From positions 1-34,167 of the forward strand of contig RBNJ01000284.1 in the NCBI GenBank assembly GCA_003990765.1: DNA of 34,167 bases. The letters are read 5' to 3'. Shown piece after piece: positions 20,501 to 32,108 of this stretch (its first letter is position 1; each line of letters opens with the position of its first letter). The DNA is from Jimgerdemannia flammicorona. Its lineage: Eukaryota. Under the pieces are notes generated by a model. It was not told the origin of the DNA. It did not search any database and worked only from the letters and a program-made list of their open reading frames with translations. The translations under genes and the position numbers were made by a program.

Positions 20501-21306
20501 ATGCCTGCTGCCCACCCAACCTCAAGGTCAAGGAACTACCAAGGTATCTCAGTTGAAGAAAGGATGTTCCAAGACATCAGAAGAGCCATGAGGACCTGCT
20601 CAAGAAGGGCTCCTAGTGTTAACCTGGATACTGCAGACCCCTATCACTTCATCCTCTACCACCATGAAATGGAAACAAGGATCACTATTGCTACCAAATA
20701 CCTCCAAATATGGCAGGAGTATGAAATAGGAAACCAACTCTGCCGGGAGTTCTCACAGGCCAGCACTCAAGAGCTACAAGATACCACTTCCATAGATATA
20801 TGCGAAATAAAGATAGCTACAAAGTCCATCAGATCTTCAGGCATGCACCATGGTCAATCTCCAACTTGGAGTATGTTAGAGTCTCAGATTTCAGAGACCT
20901 GTCATTCTGCTATATCAATGCACTAGAAGCCAGGGTGGCTACAGAAGCCCAGTCTACTATCACTCTCAACAGTAAAGAAGTAGAAGACTTCTGGCATCCT
21001 ATCCTTCAGAACAACCCAGACCAATTCCTGCAAGGATTGATCTCAGTATTCCAAGGCCCAAGTATCCAGGTTAGGCCTTCCCAAGACCCCACATTTGTTC
21101 CTTATTTTGTAGAAGAGAACCTCATAGACTGGAGAGCTCCAGATCTTATTCCTGATTTCCCTGCCAAATGTGATGATGTCATTGGTGATGATGTCATCCC
21201 ATGCCACATTGAAGTATGTGAAAATGACGAATTCACAGATCTCATCACCTTTAGTAATGATGATAATGATGATGAAGCCCCCATGATCCTGAACATTCTG
21301 CTCTAA
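20501..21306 (+). pseudogene. Accessory ORF of unknown function inside LTR C (~268 aa, one 1-nt frameshift near 20816, acidic tail)
   Basis: ORFs 20501..20926 and 20800..21306 join at ...EIKIA/YKVHQIF. It is homologous by eye to 34006-34167(+) and 24590-25104(-). Confidence 0.75.
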
Positions 21307-21318
21307 GTTCCTTATTAT

Positions 21319-21475
21319 ACTAGATAATGCCAGCACTGGTATTTTGATATAACACTGGATAATGCCAGCACTGGTATTTTGATGTAACACTGGATAATGC
21401 CAGTACTGGCATTCTGAGGTGATGCGAAATTGTTCCAGCACTGGTATTCTGATGTAACACTAAATTATACCAGTA
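21319..21475. repeat. 35-bp tandem repeat (~4 units) with a palindromic core in LTR C
   Basis: Unit is ACTGGATAATGCCAGCACTGGTATTTTGATGTAAC. A perfect palindrome AATGCCAGTACTGGCATT lies at 21396-21413. Confidence 0.9.
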
Positions 21476-21816
21476 TCCTGAACCTGTATAATCCTTAGTG
21501 CCGACTCTGGAACTTAGTAGTTTTAGTTATTGGAATTTATATTTAGCTTTATATCTTAGCAACTATTGAATTGTATTTTGTATAAATACCTCTCTTATTT
21601 CCTCTGAAATAAAGTCAGTTCCAGTTCACTTACACACAATCTCTTGTAAGCAATCTGAGAGATAACAAGACAGTTAAGATAAGAAGTTTGAGGACTATAA
21701 GACCTTGGGAAGGCACTCCAATAAGAACTTGCTTATAACAAACTTGAGTTAGTCTAAGAGATACATCTTAAAGAGAATCTGGCATATTTGAAGGACTCAG
21801 CAACCACTATGTGACA

Positions 21817-23400
21817 CTATCTATATGTCAATAAATACTATATCACTATTGTTATAATATGGGACATATATATAATTGTCTACTTTATAATATATAAATC
21901 TATTATTAAGGAAATATTTATCAATTCTTTTATTCTATAACTATGCTACTTGTTTAATATTATATAATCTCTTATATAATCTACATATAAGCTCACTATT
22001 TTTATATCCTTATAGTTGATGAATATATAGTTTAGTATCTATATTTCTATTTAGGAATACTGTCTTTATATCCATTTGATAGATTTTGAGATTATATATC
22101 ATACTAATTATAAGGAGTATTCTAAATAATATAAGCTTAAATATAGGTAAAAATATTTTATTATAATCTATACTATAATTCTATGAGTATTTCTTAGTAA
22201 CAAAATGAGTTTTATATTACTCTATACTTCTGTCACTCTTGTATTTAATCATATAGACCTACTTTAATCTAATCATTTGGTGATTTGATAAAAGAAATAC
22301 TAAATCTCTTATATTATTCTAGATTAGTAAATTATATTCTTAATCTATAACTCATTTTTATTTCTTACTATCAGGATTGGTTATAGCTTTATTATACATA
22401 TTTGGCTTGTCAGAAGATATTGCAATATATATATATTTATATACTTTAGTATAGCTTACATAGCCCTGATATTATTATCTAAGACTTACTAGTATAATCC
22501 AATAATTTTCTATATTGTAATGAGTTTCTCAGTAAATGTTAGAGTACTTTTATTTGCTCTTTGTAGAGGATTTCTCATTACTAAAGAGTTCACTATTATC
22601 TTTATCTTTGATCTCTATTATTCTGAGCTCAGATAACTCTGACTCAGATATATATAGTAGTTGAAAATAATTTTGATTAACCACTAGAGAGGTTGGCACT
22701 GATTGCTTTATTTGTATTAGCTGGAATATAGATATTGAGGGCTTAACTAGTTCATCCACATAGTTCTCTGAACCATTTTTGCTCTTTTCTCAAAACTGTA
22801 CATTATGCAATATAACTATATGATACTTATATAAATTTCAAAGTTAATATATCTTGCTAGAATATTCAAGAAATATGTACTTGTCAGCTTTTAGCTCAAA
22901 CTTATACTAATTAATATTGCTTTATTTTAGAATATATATATTATATCTAAATATATATAGATATGATATATATATTAGGCCTAGTTCTACTCTATAATTC
23001 TTCAGAAGTAAGATTATCATCTCTGAAATACTTATTGTTATTGGAATTCTTACTGAGAGCTCAAGAGATATATTAATTACAGATATATACTACTATATTA
23101 ATGGCTTTGGCCTAATAAAAATATGATAATCTGACTATACTAATTATCATTTAAGCTATTTCAATGATTATATAGTTAAATCACTCAGTTATACTATTCT
23201 GCTGAGATATATTAGAAGCTATCATTTAATAATATATGGTATATTTTCTCAGAAACTGCTTAAATATATTATTAATATATTTATATCTATTATCTAAGTA
23301 TATAGCATGTACTCTATATCCTATTCTACTTTTGGTAATTATTTTGAACTCTTTGAACTTCTTCAGGACTTTGCTCTTCATTAATAATAAATATATATAT
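21817..23400 (-). mobile_element. Heavily decayed Ty1/Copia element G: integrase core to RT
   Basis: Minus translation gives KSKVLKKFKEF..AIYLDNRYKY..SQQNSITE*FN..Y*AKAINIVVY (integrase) and FVTKKYS*NYSIDY..YQMDIKTVFLN..VFIDI*I (RT, cut at the WVDD motif by element C). IN-before-RT order is Copia-type. Confidence 0.88.
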
Positions 23401-24548
23401 TGTAATATTCCTGGCTCAATAAAGGCAAAATATAAGGTTGGGAGTAGATGTAGTTTGACTTAAGCCCCCAGTTACTTTGTAAAAAGTAATAAAATATTCT
23501 TAATGTTTAGCAGTATAATAGTCAAAGCTGGATATCTGTGAGTGATTCTGGCAATTTTCTTATTTGGACAGGTTCTTGGGTATAGCAGCATTTTAGTGGC
23601 AAATGATTTAGTATAACAGTCTCTATATAGTATGACAATCTCCAAAAGTATGTGATTTCTGCATGATGATCTTGTGTAGTATGAGTGGATTCCTTATATA
23701 GGGTAATCTGGCAATTTAGTGGTTTCCTACTTAGGTGACGGGCAATCTCTGTATAGCATGATGATCTCTGTATAGTGCAATGGATTTCTTATATATAATG
23801 ATCTGACAATTTGACAGATAACTCAATTTGGGTACCAATTCTCTGAAATAGCTCACTGGGAATTATACTTGTAGGATTCTTCTGTACTGAGCTCACTGAG
23901 AATAAATGAATAACTTAGATATTATAGATTCTTGACAAGTTACATCAAGACTGACTTCATTTATTTGAATGGATCACTGTGAAGTTGTATCAAGAGACTG
24001 GCTTGTGGCAAGATTCCTTAAAGCTCTCTGAGAATATGGGTAACTAGGATTCTTCAGGCTTATCTGGCAAGTGAACCAAAATATAGTAGCTTATTCCTTA
24101 AGTGGTGGATTACTCAAAAGGCAGCAAAGTTCTTCCTTGAACTTTGATAGCAAATCTTCAGACTTATCTAGCAAGCAAATTAAGGCTTTTTATTAGAAAG
24201 TAGACTAGAGTAGAAAGGGGACAAATGCTCAATCTTTAGAGACTTCTTTGGTGTTTGCATTTTGGACTGAGGTTTATTCACTCTTGTCTCTGGGGTATTT
24301 TATACATTATAATTACTATCTAGTTGCTATGTGGCTAACTATAGATTTACTACTTATAGTAAGTTGTACAGGTCCAGCATAAGTATACAGATCCAGCACA
24401 GATATGTAGGTCCTGCACAGATATACCTTATCTGGTAGTCTGGCTATTTATATAGTTTTCTGCAGCAATGGTTGTTGTGTCTGATTACTATGCTATATAT
24501 TCACATCATCAGAGTTATAATTTGAGTAGTATGTTTTGGTATATTATA
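23401..24548 (-). repeat. 3' LTR of element B
   Basis: TGTAATA...TATTATA termini (mutated TGTAACA/TGTTACA). Colinear with 32109-33133 apart from a ~110-bp extra block at ~24080-24190. Confidence 0.9.
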
Positions 24549-24589
24549 TCAGTCTCCACTAAAGGATAGTCTGTCCTCAGACTGTCTTT

Positions 24590-25104
24590 TAGTCATTATC
24601 TCAGTGTGAATAGGCATCTTCTGCATCAATACCCATTTCATCATCTTTGTTATCTGTGCTATAGTTGCTCTATTCTAGGAGTTCTTCTTCTTCTTCTGAG
24701 AATAAGATTTTGACAGCATTAATGATGCTCATATAGGTGGCTAGGTTCATTTCTCATGCATCATACCAGGAGAATTGTGCTTATATTGGGGCTGCACAGT
24801 TTTGTTTATAAAGAGTGTAGAGCCTGTCTGCAGCAGTGATATCTCTCCTTGATAGTCCTGTAGTATTTCTGATATATGTTTGTTCTGAGACTGAGAGGTT
24901 CTGCAATTGTTCTCCAATTGTATAATGGGCCTGAAGTTGATGGACCTGTAACAATCATCTGGCCAGAACAAGATTCTCTTGATGAATTTGGATTCTCTGG
25001 AGGGTAGTCTCATTGATTTCTCGAAATTGAAGTAGGGGAACTGACAGTAATTGAAATGAGCTGAGGATATGAGTCTGAAGGTAGTTGTCAACTCTCTGTT
25101 TCAT
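24590..25104 (-). pseudogene. Accessory ORF of unknown function between integrase and PPT of element B
   Basis: The ATG at 25104 overlaps the integrase end (stop 25088-25090). It reads MKQRVDNYL...HQENLVLAR*LLQVHQLQAHYTIGEQL...NTTGLSRRDITAADRLYTLYK...AQFSWYDA*EMNL, then an acidic tail. The stops fit C->T. It is in a different frame from track ORF 24747..25091. Confidence 0.7.
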
Positions 25105-28100
25105 GATGTGGGGAAAGATATATCTTGAGGTAATTGATATATACTGGTGTCCTTAGGGTTCATCCATCTATACCTCTTAAATAGTTGCTAGTTCCTCTGA
25201 TGTTGTGTATAAGATAAGGTCCTTCTCATTTGAGCTCCAATTTGGTAGTGAAGTTTGTTTCAATCATGCTTCTCCAAACTAGTACTTGATCTCTAATCTT
25301 AATCCTCTGGTCTTTCTGTTTCTGGTCATAGTACTTCTTTTGTCTTTCTTGAGCTTTGGTAATCTGAACTCAGGTCTGATTACATAACTGTTCTGTCTTC
25401 TTGAGGAGGTCTCCAAGATTCTCATAGTCAGCAGTTCTGGTTTTCTTGGTAAACATTATTTCAAATGGCTTTTGTTTGGTAGAGATAGCAGGGGTGTTCT
25501 GAATTTCCCATAGGATCTCAGGTAAGCAGAGGTCCCAGTTGGTAGGTTTGACTTAGGCAAGTCCTTTCTTGATGATCTGGTTCATTCTTTCTGTTATACC
25601 ATTGGTCTGGAGGTAGTATGATGTGGTTCATTTGAGGTGAATCTTGTGAATTCAGATATAACTTGTGATTATATTGTTGATAAATTCTGTGCCTTAGTCA
25701 GAGATGAGTTCTTCTGGAGATCTATATCTGAGTGTGAGTCTATGGAGAAGACCTACAATGGTCAAGGCAACTGTGATATCTATTAGGAAAGCCTCAGGCC
25801 ACTAAGTCAGATGTTCTACAAATACAAGAATATATTTGTTTCTTCTTGGTGTAACTGGTAGAAGTCTAATTATATCTACTCTCTATCTCTGAAAGATATT
25901 ATCTGGTAGTGTGATTAGTTGTAGTAGTGCTTGATAGTTCTTCCTTCCTTAGTACTTCTGGCAGATGTCACATTTCTTGAGCATGTCCAAGACTTATGTT
26001 CTGAGGTGGGGCAAATGTTGGTATATTGTTTACAACTTTTCTTCTATATTTGATTGTCCTTGGTGGGCTTTCTGATATTCCTTTCAGATGAGATCTTCTT
26101 GTGTCTTGATGGTCTGAGGAGCTTCTTTTAGGGTGTAGTTTCTTGAGACACCCTGCTTCTGGTTTATTGGGGCTAGCAGAAAAGTACATCAACATTGTTG
26201 TGAGCTTTCCCTGCTTTGTAGATGATAGTGATTTGGTAATCCTGAAGGATAAGAAGCCAGTAGGCTAGGATTCCAGTGGGTTCCTTGCAGTTAAATAGCC
26301 ATTTGAGGGCTGTATGGTCTGTAATCAGGGTGAATCTTTTTCTGATAAGGTAATGCTTGAACAGAGTGACTGTCCATATGACTGTAAGGCATTCCAGTTT
26401 AGTGCTACCATAGTTCTGTTGCTGCTGATTGATAGCTCAGCTTGAATAAGCTATCATATAGTGTTATTGGTCAGGTCCTTCTTGGAGTAGAACTGCTCCT
26501 AGACCATCTTTAGAATCATTTGTGTATAAGATGAATGGCTTCTGTAGATTAGGGGGCACAAGAATTAGTGCTATAGTCATGTGGTTCTTGAGTTCTTTGA
26601 AGGCTTTCTCTTATGATTCTGTCTATTTGTAAGGTACTTCTTTCATGAGAAGGACTTAGATTGGAGCAGTGATTTGGGCAAAGTCCTTGATAAACCTTCT
26701 ATAGTAGGATACTAGTATCAGAAATGATAGTGTTTCCTTCAGGGTCTTGGGTACTGGCCAATTATTGATCTTCTTAGTTTTCTTTGGATCTGCATGAATT
26801 CCTTCTTTTGAAACTATAAATCTAAGGAATTCAAGTTTCTGTTACTCAAAGTAGTATTTATTTGCATTGAGTCTCAGGTGGTTCTTGCAGGTGAGCTTGA
26901 AGAATTCTTCTAGATAGTGCAGGTGTTTTTCTAAATTTGCTAAATAGATGTTGGAATCATCCATATATACAATTAGGCAGTAGTGGATCAAGGGGGCATA
27001 GACTGAATTCATCATCCTCTAAAAGGTGGGAGGTGCATTGCAAAGTCCAAAGGGTATTTGGAGATATTCAAACAGTTTTCCTAGAGTAAGAAAGGCTGTC
27101 TTTTGAGTATCTTTAGAGTCTATGGAGATCTCATAGAATCCTGTAAAAAGGTTAATACTGCTGAAGAATCTGGCATCTTGTAACTGATCCAAAAGGTCAT
27201 TGATTCTGGGCAAAGGATAGGCATTCTTTTTGGTGACTGAATTGAGTTTCCTGTAATCTACACAAAGTCTCTATCCTCCTTTCTTTGGTACAATAAGTAT
27301 AGGGCTGACCCAGGGGCTGGTAGAGGGTCGGATGACTCCATTGTCTAAGAGTACTTGAATGTACTCTTTTTCAAATATTTTTAAGGATGGGGTATTCTAT
27401 AGGATTTCTGCCGAATGGGTGTTGCATTTCTTATATTTATTGTAGTAATATGATGGATTGTATGGCAGATTGCCATAATCAGTAGTGAAGATATCTTGAT
27501 ATTTGTTGAGAAGCTTTACTAGTTGTTACTATTGTTGGGTTGTCAATTCTTCTCCAATGTTAGTAGAAGGCTTCACTGTCTCCTGGGTCGCAGAGGGGCC
27601 TTTCCTTTCTTCTGGGACCTTTTGCCATTTCCTGATAGGTTTAGTTCATAAACTTCTATATGAGTTCAGTTGAGAAAAGACACCAGATGCCCTATGATGG
27701 TTCCTTTTGGCAAGATGATAGTTTTCCAACTTTGGTTAGTTGCTTAGAAATGTACTGGGTTCATTTTGTCAGAGAATGTGTGTTCTTTTATGTCCAGGTG
27801 TGGGATATCTTTATTGGGTTCAAAGAAAAGGTTTCTGGGGTCAGATGGTATAAAGATTTCAAAGGTTATTTGTTCTCCAGACTCCAGGATGAGATTCTTG
27901 TGCAGTTTGACTGATTGGCAGTACACTTGCTAGGAGACATTTCTCTTGAGGTAGTTGACTTGAAGGAGATATACTTCCTTCTTGTCTGAACTTCCAAATC
28001 CTTTGGCTTGTCTTGTTCCTTCAGTCAGTTCAGAGACTTCTTGTAATTGTGGAGTCTTGACCTTCATGAAGACTGCTTGGGCAATCTTCTGTCCTCTAAT

Positions 28101-31100
28101 GATTTGGTACCATTCTATACTACTGTTGTATAGAATGACCTTGATTTTACCAATATATCCTGGGTCAATAGTTTCTCCTTCTACAGTTATTCCTTGTCTG
28201 GCAAGTCCAGATCTTGAGGTCAGTTAGATGTAAGCTCCTTGGAGTGGCTGTATAGCTAGTCCAGTTCTGATTATGAATGTTTTTCTAAGCTTGATAGATT
28301 TGTTCTCCAGACTGTAAAGATCATATCATACATCTTCTAAGTGAGCTTTGGTTGAAGGTTTGGCCTTGGGATGTAGCAGAGCATACAGGGCAACATTCTT
28401 ACTGATTTTAGGCTGTCCTTAGGCTGAGGCTCTAATAGCAGAGAGCCTCCAGGCTCTGAGATTGAGGTGTGGCCACCTGGCTCCAGTAGAGGGGTCTTGG
28501 AGATAGTTGATTCCTCTTCTTCTTGTAGGGTCTAGGGCTTCCATGAAGTTGGTGGCATCTTCTACCTATCCTTGGCAGGTTGCATATTTGTTAAGGGCTA
28601 GGATGTCTTCTTTTAGATCATATATCTTGAGGATCCTTCTTCCTGACTTCTTGGTCTGGCTTTTTTGAATCTGGCCTCTGTTATCTCCTCTCTTCAAGAT
28701 GTGAATTGCAACATCATGACTGAGGTGAATCTTCTGCAGTCTTGGCAGTCTGGGTGTCTTCTGTGGTTATAATATTCCATTGCTCAGAAATAATGTTCTT
28801 GATTGTTAATTTCTTATTGTCTTGGGAATCAGTATCCATCTTGATTATAAGTTGGGAGAAGAGTGGACAGGGTATACTTCTATTGGGTGAAGTGACCTTG
28901 TCCTCTGAATTGGCTTTGCAACTTGGTAGTAACTTCTTGGAAGGTAGTAGACTGTACAACTATATTTGGGGGTTCTGGTCTCTGGGGTCTCTATCTCTCT
29001 TATTGATCTAGTAGATGGTACTGATAGCAGTTGTCTTGAGGAGAGTAGAAGACCATTTGGTGTAAACATCTTCCTAGCTAAAATGTCCTCTCTTGATGAG
29101 TTTCTTTCTTGAGAACAATGGGGATTATACTGAGTCCTTCTTCCATCATTGTCTTCAGGTAGTATCCAGCAAGGGTCATCCCAGGGAATGAGTTTGGGGA
29201 CCTCTTCTTCTTCAGGTGCTTCTTGTTCAGGAACTTCTTGATTAGGAACTTCTTCTTCCTTAGATGATTCTTGGCCCCAAATTGCTTATACTTCTATAGC
29301 TTCAGCTGCAGGTGTTTCTGGAATATGTCTGCATTTCTTCTTCTTCTTTCTGCACTCTGGACAGGCTGTACCAGGCGAATTCCTTGTCCCAATGATCTTG
29401 GAGGAGTGCTCTGAGTACTTGTGTCTCTTGTGGCAGATGGAGCATCCTTTGATTTCTTCTACAATAGCTCCAATGGTAATGGGGATAGTGTTCTTGGCCT
29501 ATATATTGTCTTCTGGTCAGTCATCTACTAGGTTGATTCTGGGATTGAGTCTGGGATCATTTCCATCTTTAGATTCTTCTTCTTTCTCTATAGTAGACTC
29601 TTCACTGCTGGCATATTCTTTCTAGATAGTGACCTTCTTCTTCTTCTTCAATTGCTCATAGCTGGTCACCTTAACTCTGTACTTCGTGCCCCAGTAGTCA
29701 AACTTGAGTACTTGTTGACCAATATCAACAACTACATTCATTTCCTTTATCCAGTTGGTACCAACAATTATATCATAGGTAATGATCTCTGTGACAACAG
29801 CTTTTGGGATAGAGAACTGAATGTGTCCAAGAGAAATTATGATGTTTTATACTTCACCAAGGGGTTGAGTTCAGGCTCCATCTGCTACCATAATACTGAG
29901 GTTGGATGGTCCATTAATGGGCCATTGGAGGGTATTCAGAAACTATTTGATAATGACACAGATAGCTACTCCTATATCTATGAAGATTTTCGCCTTTTGT
30001 CCTCCAATGTCTTCATGTAAGTAGGTGCTGATATATCTCTCTGCAGCCTGAATAGATGTGGGGGCTGACTCTTGCTGTGAGATGGGAACTTGGCCAGTGC
30101 TAGACCTAGTGGTCCTCAGTAATTTGTTTTGGACTTCAGCTAATATTAGTTGTAGAAACTACAGAAGGGGAACCTCCATCTTGGTCTTTTGAATCTTCTG
30201 CCAGGCTTTATTGTAGATATCTCTAGACATAGTCTTCAGGGTGTACTTCTTCTTAGGCTTTGGGGCAGTAGGCTCCTGTTCTTCTTGTTCCATTTCTTCA
30301 TCTTTTAGTAGCAGCTTATTTGACTTTGAGACAAAAGATGAGGGGGTTCAGGGAGGTATTTCTACCTGCTCTTCCTCATATTCTTCATCTTCTTCTTAGA
30401 TGATTCTTCTGCTGATATTCCTGGATGGCCTTCCTATAGATCTCTTCCTTTTTTCTGCTGGATAAACTGTTTTCTAGGTAGTAACCTTGATAGGATACAG
30501 GTCTAGGTCACTATAGTCTTCACTGTTGCTTGCTTCTTCAAAGTCTTCAATAGAATGAGCTTTGATCTTTTTGTACTGAGTATCATTCCTTTAATTTGAT
30601 GGTTCTGCATCTCTTCAGTCACTTCTTTTATTATCACATTGAGTGGCATAGTGTCCAAATTGTCTACAGTGGAAGCATTGGACTTGGGCTCTATCATAGA
30701 CATAGTATCTTCTTTCTTCTTACTGATAGCTTCTGTTATTTCTAGGTGAATAACCCTGGTTTCTTTGTGGGAGATATCCTCTATTATCTTGATAACTCTG
30801 ATTTTTGTATATAGTAAGTTTTTCAATCTATCAAACCAATCAGTCCAACTTGGAGCTGAGGTCTTGGATTTCACTCCTATCCTTCTTTCCTTCTTTGGCT
30901 GGTCTTCTATCTTTGGGTCTCTCTTGTCCTTGAAGGAGTCCTTGTAGGACTTTGACCAGAATGTCTTCCTTAACATCCTTCTTGTCATAGTCACTCCAGA
31001 TAGTTCCTTATCTGATATCAAAGAATCCTTGGGCTATATCTACTTGCTCTTTGGACCTTCTGATACCTAGAGTGTAGACATACTGAGCAATGTTTGGGGG

Positions 31101-31744
31101 AATCTCATTCATGAAGATCATTGGACCTATAATGTCTTAGTTGGTAGCATTGGATCTGGTAGCATGTATTCTCTTCTGAATTCTTGTGAAGAAGGCTCTG
31201 GGTGATTCTCCAAGATTCATCTTCATCCCCATGATGGATTCTTGAGCCTTGTAGTATATTACATTTCCTGTATAGTTTTCAATAAGTCAGTAGACCATGG
31301 CTATATATTCCAGCTGAAAGGATGTTGCTACTTATATTTCTGCTATAAGTTCTAAATAGATCATTTGCTGTTCAGTGGAAAATTCCTCTGACTGGTTCTC
31401 TGAGCTGCACTTTGTAGATGGCAATTTTTCTTTTGTCTGAGAGATTTCTCAGGGCTGCAATTCCTTCAATTCCATCAAGGAATTCCCTAGGGTCTTCCTT
31501 CAGATATTCTGCAAAGGTTGGCAATAAAGTGGCCATTTTATCATCACTTTCTTCTAATTCTGGTTCTGGTCCAGATTCTGATTTGGATTCTGACTCTGAT
31601 TCACTTCCTGAACTATTGCTGGGAGTGGAAGTGATTGAGTATCTTGAGGAGGGTGTTGCAGATCTTAGTTGAAGTAGAATGAGCCTGGGTATTCTTGAAG
31701 AAGCTGCTTCCAGTTCTGCAAGAACTGGTGGTAAAGGTTCTATG
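25088..31744 (-). pseudogene. gag-pol: gag-pol of element B (gag ~30640-31744, PR ~29670-30030, dUTPase ~27984-28395, RT ~26620-27450, RH ~26170-26550, IN 25088-26167)
   Basis: Colinear with A over gag to dUTPase. Motifs include PRINDLLDQL..PFGLCNAPPTF, YMDD, FILYTNDS, CDICQK and KLELK*EGPY, with many stops. Confidence 0.92.
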
Positions 31745-32108
31745 GATGAGATTGGTGGGACTGCTGTAGGGTATCTGGCTGAATTATTTCAAGCTTATGT
31801 AATAAGATCTTCTAGTTCTTGGGTAAGTTCTCCAAAGTCTCTAACTGGACCACCTGTATTGTCTGGTTGATCTGGTTGGGGATTTTGGACTATATTGGCT
31901 TCTAGTTCTGGTTGAGATCCTTCTGATACTATATAGTTGGTAAGTCTTGAAGTTATTACTTCTCTTTCTGTCCAAATACTGGTGATGACTGGTTCTTCTG
32001 TAGTGGTAGAGATTGGTATTCTATCAAATGTATCCAGTTTGACTGTAGGTTCTTGTGAGCTAAAAAATCATATCAATTTTTAGAAATCTTCCCAGTTGGA
32101 CCCCCAAA

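Larger units (their letters stand above)
14530..21816 (+). mobile_element. Ty3/Gypsy LTR retrotransposon, family 2, element C (5' LTR missing)
   Basis: Order is gag, CCHC, PR, dUTPase, RT, RH, IN, then a hairpin, a PPT and an LTR-like block TGTAACA...TGTGACA. Confidence 0.93.
20214..21816 (+). repeat. 3' LTR of element C (~1.6 kb; contains an ORF in U3)
   Basis: Starts TGTAACA after the PPT and ends TGTGACA exactly where Copia RT sequence begins. TATAAATA (21581) and AATAAA (21608) have the same spacing as in the family-1 LTRs. There is no partner LTR in the window to confirm it. Confidence 0.75.

Noticed and set aside
21319..21475. CRISPR-like array (35-bp palindromic repeats)
   Set aside because: The units are contiguous with no unique spacers, there are no cas genes, and the context is a eukaryotic LTR.
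24747..25091. Track ORF of 114 aa as the accessory gene of B
   Set aside because: Homology to the C and H proteins is in a different frame, starting at ATG 25104.
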